Source: Eledone cirrhosa (lineage: Eukaryota). From it: a stretch of 64,000 bases of DNA. Every line of letters starts with the position of its first letter. The stretch's first letter is position 1. Below the pieces are notes generated by a model. The model was not told the origin of the DNA. It was given only the letters and a program-made list of their open reading frames with translations, and made no database searches. Below are positions 1 through 12,382 of the stretch, piece by piece. The translations under genes were made by a program, and so were the position numbers. The stretch lies in the NCBI GenBank assembly GCA_964016885.1, contig OZ024743.1:328104001-328168000 (forward strand), written 5' to 3'.

Positions 1-3000
1 GGTTTAATGCCAGAGTGACAGGCTGGACTGTGGGTTTAATGCCAGAGTGACAGGTTGGACTGTGGGTTTAATGCCAGAGTGACAGGTTGGACTGTGGGTC
101 TAATGCCAGAGTGACAGGCTGGATTGTGGGTTTAATGCCAGAGTGACAGGCTGGACTGTGGGTTTAATGCCAGAGTGACAGGCTGGACTGTGGGTTTAAT
201 GCCAGAGTGACAGGTTGGACTGTGGGTTTAATGCCAGAGTGACAGGCTGGACTGTGGGTCTAATGCCAGAGTGACAGGCTGGACTGTGGGTTTAATGCCA
301 GAGTGACAGGTTGGACTGTGGGTTTAATGCCAGAGTGACAGGCTGGATTGTGGGTTTAATGCTAGAGTGACAGGTTGGACTGTGGGTTTAATGCCAGAGT
401 GACAGGCTGGACTGTGGGTTTAATGCCAGAGTGACAGGTTGGACTGTGGGTTTAATGCCAGAGTGACAGGTTGGACTGTGGGTCTAATGCCAGAGTGACA
501 GGCTGGATTGTGGGTTTAATGCCAGAGTGACAGGCAGGATTGTGGGTTTAATGCCAGAGTGACAGGCTGGACTGTGGGTCTAATGCCAGAGTGACAGGTT
601 GGACTGTGGATTTAATGCCAGAGTGACAGGTTGGACTGTGGGTCTAATGCTAGAGTGACAGGTTGGACTGTGGGTCTAATGCTAGAGTGACAGGCTGGAT
701 TGTGGATTTAATGCCAGAGTGACAGGCAGGATTGTGGGTTTAATGCCAGAGTGACAGGCTGGACTGTGGGTTTAATGCCAGAGTGACAGGTTGGACTGTG
801 GATTTAATGCCAGAGTGACAGGCTGGACTGTGGGTTTAATGCCAGAGTGACAGGCTGGACTGTGGATTTAATGCCAGAGTGACAGGCTGGACTGTGGGTT
901 TAATGCCAGAGTGACAGGCTGGACTGTGGATTTAATGCCAGAGTGACAGGCTGGACTGTGGATTTAATGCCAGAGTGACAGGCTGGACTGTGGATTTAAT
1001 GCCAGAGTGACAGGCTGGACTGTGGATTTAATGCCAGAGTGACAGGTTGGACTGTGGGTCTAATGCTAGAGTGACAGGTTGGACTGTGGGTCTAATGCTA
1101 GAGTGACAGGCTGGATTGTGGATTTAATGCCAGAGTGACAGGCAGGATTGTGGGTTTAATGCCAGAGTGACAGGCTGGACTGTGGGTTTAATGCCAGAGT
1201 GACAGGTTGGACTGTGGATTTAATGCCAGAGTGACAGGCTGGACTGTGGGTTTAATGCCAGAGTGACAGGCTGGACTGTGGATTTAATGCCAGAGTGACA
1301 GGCTGGACTGTGGGTCTAATGCCAGAGTGACAGGCTGGATTGTGGGTTTAATGCCAGAGTGACAGGCAGGATTGTGGGTTTAATGCTAGAGTGACAGGTT
1401 GGACTGTGGGTTTAATGCTAGAGTGACAGGTTGGACTGTGGGTTTAATGCTAGAGTGACAGGCTGGACTGTGGGTCTAATGCTAGAGTGACAGGCTGGAC
1501 TGTGGGTTTAATGCTAGAGTGACAGGCTGGACTGTGGGTTTAATGCTAGAGTGACAGGCTGGACTGTGGGTTTAATGCTAGAGTGACAGGTTGGACTGTG
1601 GGTTTAATGCCAGAGTGACAGGCTGGACTGTGGGTTTAATGCTAGAGTGACAGGCTGGACTGTGGGTTTAATGCTAGAGTGACAGGTTGGATTGTGGGTT
1701 TAATGCCAGAGTGACAGGCTGGACTGTGGGTTTAATGCTAGAGTGACAGGCTGGACTGTGGGTTTAATGCTAGAGTGACAGGCTGGACTGTGGGTTTAAT
1801 GCTAGAGTGACAGGCTGGACTGTGGGTTTAATGCTAGAGTGACAGGCTGGACTGTGGGTTTAATGCTAGAGTGACAGGCTGGACTGTGGGTCTAATGCCA
1901 GAGTGACAGGCTGGACTGTGGGTCTAATGCCAGAGTGACAGGCTGGACTGTGGGTCTAATGCCAGAGTGACAGGCTGGATTGTGGGTTTAATGCCAGAGT
2001 GACAGGCTGGATTGTGGGTCTAATGCCAGAGTGACAGGCTGGACTGTGGGTTTAATGCTAGAGTGACAGGCTGGACTGTGGGTCTAATGCCAGAGTGACA
2101 GGCTGGATTGTGGGTTTAATGCCAGAGTGACAGGCTGGATTGTGGGTTTAATGCCAGAGTGACAGGCAGGATTGTGGGTTTAATGCCAGAGTGACAGGCA
2201 GGATTGTGGGTTTAATGCCAGAGTGACAGGCTGGACTGTGGGTTTAATGCTAGAGTGACAGGCTGGACTGTGGGTCTAATGCTAGAGTGACAGGCTGGAC
2301 TGTGGGTTTAATGCTAGAGTGACAGGCTGGACTGTGGGTCTAATGCTAGAGTGACAGGTTGGACTGTGGGTCTAATGCCAGAGTGACAGGCTGGATTGTG
2401 GGTTTAATGCCAGAGTGACAGGCTGGACTGTGGGTCTAATGCCAGAGTGACAGGCTGGACTGTGGATTTAATGCCAGAGTGACAGGTTGGACTGTGGGTC
2501 TAATGCTAGAGTGACAGGTTGGACTGTGGGTCTAATGCTAGAGTGACAGGCTGGATTGTGGATTTAATGCCAGAGTGACAGGCTGGACTGTGGGTCTAAT
2601 GCCAGAGTGACAGGCTGGACTGTGGGTCTAATGCCAGAGTGACAGGCTGGACTGTGGGTTTAATGCCAGAGTGACAGGCTGGACTGTGGGTTTAATGCCA
2701 GAGTGACAGGCTGGACTGTGGATTTAATGCCAGAGTGACAGGCTGGACTGTGGGTCTAATGCCAGAGTGACAGGCTGGACTGTGGGTTTAATGCTAGAGT
2801 GACAGGCTGGATTGTGGGTTTAATGCCAGAGTGACAGGCTGGACTGTGGGTCTAATGCCAGAGTGACAGGCTGGACTGTGGGTCTAATGCCAGAGTGACA
2901 GGCTGGACTGTGGGTCTAATGCCAGAGTGACAGGCTGGACTGTGGGTCTAATGCCAGAGTGACAGGCTGGACTGTGGGTTTAATGCTAGAGTGACAGGTT

Positions 3001-3726
3001 GGACTGTGGGTCTAATGCCAGAGTGACAGGCTGGACTGTGGGTCTAATGCTAGAGTGACAGGCTGGACTGTGGGTTTAATGCTAGAGTGACAGGTTGGAC
3101 TGTGGGTCTAATGCCAGAGTGACAGGTTGGACTGTGGGTTTAATGCCAGAGTGACAGGTTGGACTGTGGGTCTAATGCCAGAGTGACAGGCTGGACTGTG
3201 GATTTAATGCCAGAGTGACAGGTTGGACTGTGGGTCTAATGCCAGAGTGACAGGCTGGACTGTGGGTCTAATGCCAGAGTGACAGGCTGGATTGTGGGTT
3301 TAATGCCAGAGTGACAGGCTGGATTGTGGGTTTAATGCCAGAGTGACAGGCTGGATTGTGGGTTTAATGCCAGAGTGACAGGTTGGACTGTGGGTCTAAT
3401 GCCAGAGTGACAGGCTGGACTGTGGGTCTAATGCCAGAGTGACAGGCTGGACTGTGGGTTTAATGCCAGAGTGACAGGCTGGACTGTGGGTTTAATGCCA
3501 GAGTGACAGGCTGGACTGTGGGTTTAATGCCAGAGTGACAGGCTGGACTGTGGGTTTAATGCCAGAGTGACAGGCTGGACTGTGGGTCTAATGCTAGAGT
3601 GACAGGCTGGACTGTGGGTTTAATGCCAGAGTGACAGGTTGGACTGTGGGTTTAATGCCAGAGTGACAGGCTGGACTGTGGGTTTAATGCCAGAGTGACA
3701 GGCTGGACTGTGGGTTTAATGCCAGA
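1..3726. repeat. 32-bp minisatellite, ~116 copies, truncated by the window edge
   Basis: Unit GGTTTAATGCCAGAGTGACAGGCTGGACTGTG. Register is kept every 480 nt (15 units), and variation is confined to a few positions. Confidence 0.99.
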
Positions 3727-3869
3727 ATCCTAAATGCAAGAATAATTTAGAACAGAAAAGGAAATTTAAGAGAAGTTTAAACATTTGATAGATGTTAAAC
3801 GATGATGATGAAAGCAAGTATATGAGTTAATTTATTTTAATTAATTGAGGGACACTCTTTAGCCTTGTG

Positions 3870-3985
3870 AAGGCATGTGGCTCAGGGGTTAGAGAATTGG
3901 ATTCACGATTGTGAGGTTGTGAGTTTGATTCCCAGACTGGGCAATGCGTTATGTCCTTGAGCAAGATACTTTATTTCATGTTACT
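3870..3985 (+). mobile_element. tRNA-derived SINE, 5' fragment
   Basis: A-box-like TGGCTCAGGGG and B-box-like GAGTTTGATTCC, followed by GTCCTTGAGCAAGATACTT. Same family as 17586-17895. Confidence 0.75.
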
Positions 3986-4339
3986 TTTTCTCCCAGGCGT
4001 TGTGACCTGTTGATAGTATCTGCAATGGAAACATTGTTTCCTTGGTCCGATTTGACGAGCTCCACTTGGTGAGCAAATGAAATCTGGGATCTTGTTGACG
4101 GATTCTTTCCTTTCCTTCCTTCCTTCTTTAGCTTTGCAGTGGGCTATGCAATTTCTCTAGTTGCTAGCACAAGATAAAATGTACTGTATAGTGGTTGGTG
4201 ATCAAATGCTGAAACAACAGAACGTAAAGAGGACCTCTCAGTCTAGTTGAGGCCATGACAAACTCCCTCGGGTTCTTCTTCAGTCATCCCTCTTTCTAAG
4301 GTGAAAGCATTTGTTTTGCTTTTTCTAATGGCTAGAATA

Positions 4340-4570
4340 TATGCAGCTCATCACGCCTGTATAAACATTCATGCCACTGATGTTGTTCAAGGGAAAGGCA
4401 ATGGCTGATAGAGCTTGGCACCAGTGATGTCGCAACTCCTTTCTACAGCCAAGTAAACAACATGAAATAAAGTTGCTCAAGGACACAACAGATCACCCAG
4501 TCTGAGAATCAAATTTACAACCTCTCAATTGCAAGAGCAATGCTCTAACCACTAAGCCACGCATGCCTTC
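4340..4570 (-). mobile_element. tRNA-derived SINE (antisense)
   Basis: Ends in CTCTAACCACTAAGCCACGC (reverse of the tRNA head). Similar to 28660-28810, 30610-30900 and 39310-39457. Confidence 0.75.
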
Positions 4571-4786
4571 TCTAGTGTTGGTGACACAATAAAATACATA
4601 TAAATACAAATAAATACATTCTGCAAACTGGTTGACATTAAGCCATAGAAACCATGCCTAGACCTATCTAGGAAGGTTGCAACTCAGAATAAGAACTCAA
4701 ACTGTATTGAGCTGCTCAACCAATAGCAGTATGGAAATAAGGAAAGCAGATGTAAAATGGTGATGATGTTGACTCGGAAAACTCAC

Positions 4787-5042
4787 CCAAGATCAAAGTT
4801 TTTTACACAGTGTTGTGGCATCCATAACTGTAAATGACAACTCATCCAGTCAGTCCACACTTTCACTGCAGGCACATAATGACTCAATGTGTAACTGAGA
4901 AGTTCCCGAGGAGAATTATCACACTGGAGATGATTATGTAACAGTTCAGCACATCGGTCAACTAATATAGCAAACATGTCGAGGCCTAATTGGACTGCAT
5001 ATTCCTGAAGTAACAAACGACAGTCTTCATCTTTATCGTCAC
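4787..5042 (-). CDS. SMG6: SMG6 exon 11 (last exon inside the window)
   Basis: Encodes DEDCRLLLQEYAVQLGLDMFAILVDRC...PAVKVWTDWM. Junctions TTGTAG| and GG|GTGAGT. The gene continues beyond position 1. Confidence 0.94.
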
Positions 5043-6015
5043 CTACAACAATAACAACATTAACAGTTTTAAAAATTTAATAAAACAAAAAAAAAAAAAA
5101 ATTTTTAAACATAACAAACCAAGCTAGAAATAGTTCATTATGAGCAAGACATGATCATCTGATCTGACTTGGTCTCACAACGGGACAACTTGTCTAACTG
5201 ATACTAGTGTAGAAAATGTATGATAGATGATGATGATAATGATATAAGATGTCAGATCATGAAAATCCATCATCAAAACTATGCCAATAACTGAATTACA
5301 ACAGGCCCAGATGCTTACCACCCATGCTAGTATGGAAAGTGAGTGAGAAAGAAATTGGTTGCATATTTTATTTATTTTTCAATCATTATCATCATTTTAT
5401 CATGGCACCAGCACTACCACTTTACAGAGTGCTCTGGGTGGACGTAATCATGACACCAGCAGTACATTTTATCATGGCACCAACACTACCACTGTATAGT
5501 GTCCTGGGTGGACATTAATGTGACACCAGCAGTGCATGGCACCAACACTACCATTTACCTCAAATTAAAACGAATGAGGTACATTAATAGTGTTGAATGT
5601 AAAATACACATTATCAGGTGCATGTTTTACTTTATGGAGTTTAAACACACACATACTCCCGAGTCTTAAATAATCGCCCCTGCACCCCATTAATTTTTCC
5701 AACCTCACTGTTCTAGGATGGGTTAGGGGTGGGATCTCAATATGTGAACTAAATGACTAATTTCCATATGAACATGGGTTGGACAGCCTGCCACATTTTA
5801 AGATTAAACAGGTCAGATGATTATGTGTTGCTTATATGCTATATTTTACTATAGTTTCTAGGCACAAACACTACTCCTTTACAGAGGATACTGGGTGCAT
5901 TTTAGTGTGGCACCAACACTACCACTTTACAGTGTGTACTGGGTGCATTCTATTGTGGCACCAACACTAGGGTAATTGTTGTGTTGTCTAAAAGCAAATA
6001 TATATATATATATAC

Positions 6016-6161
6016 CTTTTAGTGTAGTATTCTCAATAGTGAACATATTGATGGCCATTAACTGTAGAATGCGTACATTGGTAATGGTAGGATGAGCCTG
6101 TTGTAACAAAGTATGGAACTCTCGTAACATCTGGCAACACATCTCTTGAAAGGTTTCCATT
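6016..6161 (-). CDS. SMG6: SMG6 exon 10
   Basis: Encodes METFQEMCCQMLREFHTLLQQ...RILQLMAINMFTIENTTLK. Junctions TTTCAG| and G|GTATAT. Confidence 0.94.
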
Positions 6162-6444
6162 CTGAAAAGAAAAAAAGAAAGAATTAAAATATATTAATTA
6201 TGTTGAGAAATGAATCTTCAACATTTCCAGCAATTGATATAAACAAACTTCAAGATATATATAGTGTGTGTGTGTTGAGTTAAATTAAATGTTTTTTCAT
6301 GTTTTTCAGATTTTATGATACTAAATTGTTCATTTAATTCAATGAAATGTAAATATAATGAACCTTTTTGCAATATCCTTTAAAAAATTTAGTTTTGAAC
6401 CTTCACTAAAAATTTCATGTTTTTATCTTTATTAATTATAAACT

Positions 6445-6628
6445 TGGATTGGCAGTATCGGCAGAGTCTGACGCCATGCTTTCCAGCATAGTTACGTCCC
6501 TTTATGGTCTGAGTTCAAATCCCGCCGAGGTTAACTTTGCCTTTCATCCTTACGAAGTCGATAAAATAAAGTACCAGTAATGTACTGGTTAATTAATGGC
6601 CTTGTGCCAAAAGTAGAAACAATTAATT
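6445..6628 (+). mobile_element. SINE with a Nin/Deu-like central domain
   Basis: GAGTTCAAATCCCGCCGAGGTTAACTTTGCCTTTCATCCTTACG...GATAAAATAAAGTACCAG. Further copies at ~19490-19620, 22255-23460, 24760-24980(-), 43730-43920(-) and 53325-53530(-). Confidence 0.75.
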
Positions 6629-7193
6629 ATAAACTTAGAGGAATTTTTGTACAGGCATGTTAAATAACTATCAATTTTCACTATTTGGCTTAGGGAACTA
6701 GTGCCAAAATATCCTAATGTTGTTAAGGGAAGTAATCAGGGTAGAAAGAGTTAATATCCTGTAATTATTTAGCAGAAAATATCTAAAAGTTAAGTTTTTC
6801 AATTCAAATGTTTATAGTATCTTTACAGGTGGACAAATCGCAGTGAAAATTTGCAATAGTGGAATAAAGATTAAAGGTGGTTGTGATGGTGACAAGAAAA
6901 AGCACCCAGTAAGGTGGTCGTGGTGGTGACATGACAAAAAGCCCACCCTGTAATGTGGTTGGCATTAGGAAGGGCGTCCAGCTGTAGAAACCAACCCAAA
7001 ATACAGATCTGTATGAGCACAGCATGGTCATGTCACATAACGTGACAACCTATCTAACCCTAAGCATAGAAAATGGATGTTAAATGATGATATAGTCATG
7101 GTGCTGTTTAATACTTTTTCAGAATGTCTTGCTAATATGGTTTCAGGACATTAAAAGTTAAATCTAAAATGAAAATGTAGTTATTTTACTTAC

Positions 7194-7255
7194 CCTATCT
7201 TAGTAAATAGTTTACCATGCACATTTAAAAAACTTTGAACAAATCTTCGATTTAG
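7194..7255 (-). CDS. SMG6: SMG6 exon 9
   Basis: Encodes LNRRFVQSFLNVHGKLFTKIG. Junctions TTACAG| and GG|GTAAGT. Confidence 0.96.
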
Positions 7256-8006
7256 CTGTAAAGAATAAAAAGGAAAAGGATTTAGTTAAATACAATTGCA
7301 GTAAATGTTTTATCTGAATAAATGCCATACACATTTTTTAATAGTAAATAACAAATAGGACGGAAGGAATAGATATCTGTCAGTTTAGACAATGAATGTT
7401 CCAGTCGTTTGATCAGTGGAAGAGCCTCTTCATGAAATTAATGTGTAAGTGGCTGAGCATTCCATAAATATCTAAAGTCTGTCTCGAACCTGGAGGTGGC
7501 TCATTGGGCCAGTGCTTATCTCGGTTTACATGGCATTAAGCAACCTAGAATACAATCCTCCCTCTGGACAGGATGCCAGTCCATTGCACGATTAAAACCT
7601 CTCCTAAGCCCAGTAGCTCATCAGGCCGGTGCTTATCACAGTTTATGTGGAGCTAAGCAACTAAGAATACATGATTCCCCACTGGACAGGACGCTAGTCC
7701 ATCACATGGTTAAATCAAGCTACTGCTGGTACTCGTTTTAAGCCGAGTATACTGGAACAACATGCACTTTTAACATAATTCTCAGGTGGATGGTAAATTA
7801 AGTTTGGTGGCGAAAGAGGAGATGGTGTTGGTGGTGATAGAGGTGATAGTGATGGAGATGATGTTGACAGCAGTGATGATAATGATACACTGTAGAATGT
7901 AGTAATTGAAATATAGAAAGATGTGATGCACATGGTTGGCTGGATTGTCTGAACACAGATAGGATTTGCTCGATCAAAGCTGACCTGAAATTAGTATATT
8001 ACTAAC

Positions 8007-8183
8007 TTTATCAAGTGGTAACTTTGTGAGATCCTCTTCATATGAATCTTCCAGTTTATCTTCATGACTAGTACCATCTGGAGCAATCCAGACCTCACGC
8101 CGCTGACCCTGTTGTCGCTGTTGACTCTTCAACTTCTCAATTTTCTCCCTCTCAACCACTCGTTTCTTCTCAGAAGCTTCAGC
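8007..8183 (-). CDS. SMG6: SMG6 exon 8
   Basis: Encodes AEASEKKR...RREVWIAPDG...LTKLPLDK. Junctions TTTCAG| and AAA|GTTAGT, phase 0-0. Confidence 0.9.
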
Positions 8184-8254
8184 CTGAAATAGCAACATTT
8201 AGTTGGCCATTTAGAAAAATTACAAGAACAAAACACCCAAAACAGTGAAATATT

Positions 8255-8485
8255 GTTAGACTACATCCCTGGTTAGCAACAATGGAAGACAGCATACCTC
8301 TTAGGTTAGCAACAGTGGGATACACTATACACCCCAGGTTAGCAACAGTGGAAGTCAGACTACACTACAGGTTAACAACAGTGGAAGCCAGACTACACTC
8401 CAGGTTAGCAACAGTAGAAGTCAGACTACACCCCAAGTTAACAAACAATGAAGGACACCCTATAGCCCAGGTTAGCAACAGTGGC
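8255..8485. repeat. ~33-bp degenerate tandem repeat
   Basis: About 7 copies of CAGGTTAGCAACAGTGGAAGTCAGACTACAC. Confidence 0.9.
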
Positions 8486-8964
8486 GAAAATATTAAACTA
8501 ATTTAATGGATTCTATAAACAGACTAGTGCTAAGAATGGCATTTAGTTGTTGAAAGTACGCCAAAATTGGAATGTATGAATGAAATATGATCCCCTGACT
8601 CATCTAGAAAGGCATCAATTGTGAATACAAACTAACTCAGACTGTGACAACCTATCCAACCCATACCTGCAGGGAAAGTAGATATCATGTGATACCATAT
8701 GTAAACAGCAGACAATTATATTAGTGTTAGGGCTCAATCTCAGGTCTAATACATTGAATATTCAAATAGCATCATACCATAAATGCCTGCAACAGGGACG
8801 ACACTATAGGCACCCGAGGATCAGGGGGAGGGAGTATTAAACCTGGCAACTAATTAAATCTACCACCAAACAACCTAATGACTGGTTAAATCTCCCACCC
8901 CACAACCTAATGACTGGTTAAATTTACCACCCAACAACTACCATGCCACAACTAAAGACAAAGA

Positions 8965-11800
8965 TAGCATGTAATTTATTATTGTACAAAATATAATTTA
9001 GAGATATATCAGATGAAAGAATGGTATTTAACTAATGTATTGGTACGCGATGGGGCCCACCCACAGCCTCGGCGGAGAGAATGGAGAAGGCGTTTCCCCG
9101 GAGGACGGCAAGGGAGACGCGCTGGAAAAGCCACTCCAACTCGCGGGGCTCACACCTGCGGCTGGCCAGCTCAGCGCCTATGGTGGTGAGTAAGGAGGTA
9201 GCCCTGGGACCGAGGACACCAGAAGTCTCCACTGCCAGAGGAACGACCGCAAACCTGTCGGAGAGTGACCGCTATTTGAGGAGTTTGGCCCCCTCAGCCC
9301 GACGTGCTGCAGAACCTGGGTCAGTCGCAGACTGCACCAGGTTGCGGCTGCAGATAGTGTCGGTGCAAGTAGCATCCCAGACGAGGGGTTTGCCACTGTG
9401 GAACGGGAAGATGGTCATGCCATCTGGCCTTTTGCCGTCCCCTCGATCCAGCCCCTCCCGGAAGGGAAGCCTGCAGCATCCAAGCCATGCTTAATGACCT
9501 CGTTGAGGGAAGCATGGCGTGGAATGCGGCCGACACTGTGGCGACAGGAAAGCGGGTGGAGGCCGAAAGAGTCCACGGTGGAACCGCAGCGACATTGGTG
9601 TGGCTGGCAGATCCGGAGGCCGAGCCTCAGGGAAACGCCGATTCGCAGGCTATGATTGTCTAGCTGCGTGCCAGTGAATAAGGAGAGCAGGGCATGGAGC
9701 CAGGCCCCACTGTGGGGTTTGGAGGCCGCACGAAAACAAGCAAGGTGGTGCTGGTCGAGCTGGCGTGTGAGCCTGTCTGAAGCCAGGCTGCACTGGATGG
9801 CACCCCAAGTGCGTTGGGGGGACTTGACGTCAACAGGGGGAGAAGGAGAAGGGACGTCTACTGGGCTAAGTCCCAGCCGGTCCCATGACTCACAGGCGGC
9901 CTCACGTTCTCTGTTGTGTTTTGAAGAACTGCTGACGAGGACGCGGCACGAGGTTACCGACGAAAGATACGCCGGCAAAGCTAGTGAGATCGGGGACCGG
10001 AGGCCAAGGCCGCCATACCTGACCGGTAAAGTGGCCTGTTGCCACCCTATGTCGTCAAACTTGACGTTGCATATCCCCTCGGCTGCTGCTCGGATACAAG
10101 TATCGAGGTCAGCGAGGAGAGATGTCTAGGTGTAGCATGGAGCACTGCGGAGTGTATAGAGGAGCTTTGGCATGGCGAAGCAGTTCCTCAGCAGAAAGAG
10201 AGCTGGGTGGCCGTCAATCAAGCCCAGTCGGCTCGTGAGAGTCTGGAGCTGTTGAAGCCTGGACCTGATGGTGGAGCGGATGGCCGCCGGGTGGATCGGT
10301 GACCCGAGGATGAGGACATCCTCTTTGGGGGTCACTTGAACCTGGCGGAGAATGGACCGCACGTCCAAGACGGAGGCTGCACAGCTCGCAGCATCGAGGC
10401 TGACGTTCACCACCTCCGACTTGGCCGAGTTGACCTGGAGGCCGATTCCCGCCAGGGCAGGAATCACCAATTGAAGGTCATGGCAGATCGTCCGTATGGG
10501 CCCGGCCAACGTAGCATCATCCAAATACCAAACATTGAGAGGGGCCGTGATACTCCGGGCGATGTGGTCAATACCAAGGGCAAACAGGAGAGGTCCCAAA
10601 AGGTCGCCCTGTTGGACCCCAGTAGCCAAGGGTATGACCACATCAGCAGCATGCTCGGGTCTCCATATGACAGGTAGGCCAGCGGGTCGGCAGAGGGGCT
10701 CGGCTGAGGCAGGCTCGAGCAGATGATCCCGGCGTAAAGAGTTAAAGGCATTCCTCATGTCAAGCTTGACAATGAGGTGCCTGGAGTCTCTGGATACCGG
10801 TACCGATGAGCAGCTGCTGAAGAACTGCCTGGTTGCATGAGCGGCCCCCTCACAGCCACCGGACACCCCGACACCCAGTTGCACCGGACTAAATTCCTCA
10901 CCCAGTTCGTGTGTGACGGACTTGCAGATCACCTTGGCAGCCAACCTCCGGAAGACATTGCCCACAGCAATGGGGCATATGCCACCCTCTTTCTTCCTGA
11001 GAGCGGTGAGGCTGGCCGAAAAAAAGAGGCCTCGGGCGTAAGGGTCGAGGGCACCATGAATGAGCCTATTGGTGAGCACCACAATTGCACACAGAAGGCG
11101 GCGCCTGGCCTCAGCGGAGAGGGGAGGATGTCAACTCCTTGAGGTGACCTGGTCGGAGACCATCAACACCTCCGCAGCTGCTAGCTGTGAAGTATCTGAT
11201 GGCGGACATATCTGCATCAGTAGCCACAAGGAGCAAGTGGGGGTCGGGTGGGGGTATGGGTCTAAGAACAGTGGGTGGCTCAGGGTGTTTATCGTAGACC
11301 AGCCAGGACCTCTTCGGTGGGTTGGAGGACAGTGTCCTCTGAAGCAACAACTCTGACTGCGGCCAAGACATCACCCATGATAAGCTTGGCGTTTACCTGG
11401 TCACGCAAACGCTTGGCGTTGGCCTCGGGGGTGGAGGATAGCGGGTACCTGAGGGTGGGGTTTGTGGCGTCCCTGGGCACGCTTGGAATGGGCTCTCGCC
11501 CAAATGACGAGACATAGGCCTTGACGAAGGCTGCTGTTGACTGGCCGCCCCGGTCAGCGCCAGAGCTGGGGAGGCCGAGGGCAAGTAGGGCGAAATAGAA
11601 CAGCCGCTCCCAGTCACTGGCTCGATTGGAGTCCAGGGCGATCTCAATCAAGGGCATCGGCTACCGGCACCCGTGCCGCTCTCAGGATCCTGAGTGGGAT
11701 CTTCCGGAGCCGCCTGAGCCGAGCGATGTTGACCAGCGAGGCTCGGGCATCAGGCAAGCTCGCTGTCCCATCAGGTGGTGTGCCAGACGGCCGTGGCTGG
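8965..11800 (-). mobile_element. CRE-clade non-LTR retrotransposon (RT + restriction-like endonuclease), 5'-truncated and frameshifted
   Basis: GC-rich island. RT motifs PIAVGNVFRRLAAK, QLGVG, KLDMRNAFNS, GVQQGDLLGPLLFAL and WYLDD. Zn knuckle CRCG...HPLSC, then RHASLN, KRPDG, WDATC and PLAVETSG of the RLE domain. The coding sequence is split over several frames. Confidence 0.9.
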
Positions 11801-11802
11801 GA

Positions 11803-12192
11803 AGAAAGGTTAATGACATAAGTAGTGTATTTCATTCTATATATGGTAATGAAAGACATAATGCCATAAACAGTGTTTGTTATTACAAATAGGGTAATGG
11901 AAGGGTTAAAGACATAGGCAATGTCTTCCATTAGAATTATAGAAATAAAATGGTTAATGACAGTGTCTTTCATTAAAAATATGGTAATGAAAGAGTTAAT
12001 GACATAGGTAGTGTCTTTCATAAGAATTACAGTAATGAAAGGGTTAAAGACATAGATAATGTATTTCATTATAAATATGGTAATGGAAAGGTTAATGACA
12101 TAGGCAGTGTCTTTTATTAGAAATATGGTAATGAAAGTGTTAAAGAGATAGCCAGTGTCTTTCGTTAGAAATATGGTAATGAAACGGTTAAT
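11803..12192. repeat. ~48-bp tandem repeat, ~8 copies
   Basis: Unit approximately GACATAGGCAGTGTCTTTCATTAGAAATATGGTAATGAAAGGGTTAAT. Confidence 0.9.
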
Positions 12193-12271
12193 CTGTTAGG
12201 TTCTCTACTGAAAGAAAATAGAAAGAATCCCCAACATGTGAAAGTAATAAACCAAAAAACAAATACTTTAC

Positions 12272-12382
12272 CCTTTTTCTGGCTTCATCAAATAATGACA
12301 TTAAACCCTCTCGTGCTGTTGTAAATGGATTGCTGGCGGCCAGGCTACGCATGTAATAATATACAGAATCTAACTTCCGTTT
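12272..12382 (-). CDS. SMG6: SMG6 exon 7
   Basis: Encodes KRKLDSVYYYMRSLAASNPFTTAREGLMSLFDEARKR. Junctions TCCCAG| and AGG|GTAAAG. Confidence 0.97.

Noticed and set aside
1-3726. CRISPR-like array or coding repeat
   Set aside because: Contiguous units with no unique spacers, in eukaryotic context. The 32-nt period cycles stop codons through all frames.
3870-3950. Genuine tRNA genes at SINE heads (also ~17590, 28740-28805, 39390-39455)
   Set aside because: Degenerate cloverleaf running directly into SINE body sequence, so these are tRNA-derived SINE heads.
9081-11892. Numerous plus-strand ORFs over the GC-rich island
   Set aside because: Antisense shadows of the GC-rich CRE retrotransposon coding sequence.
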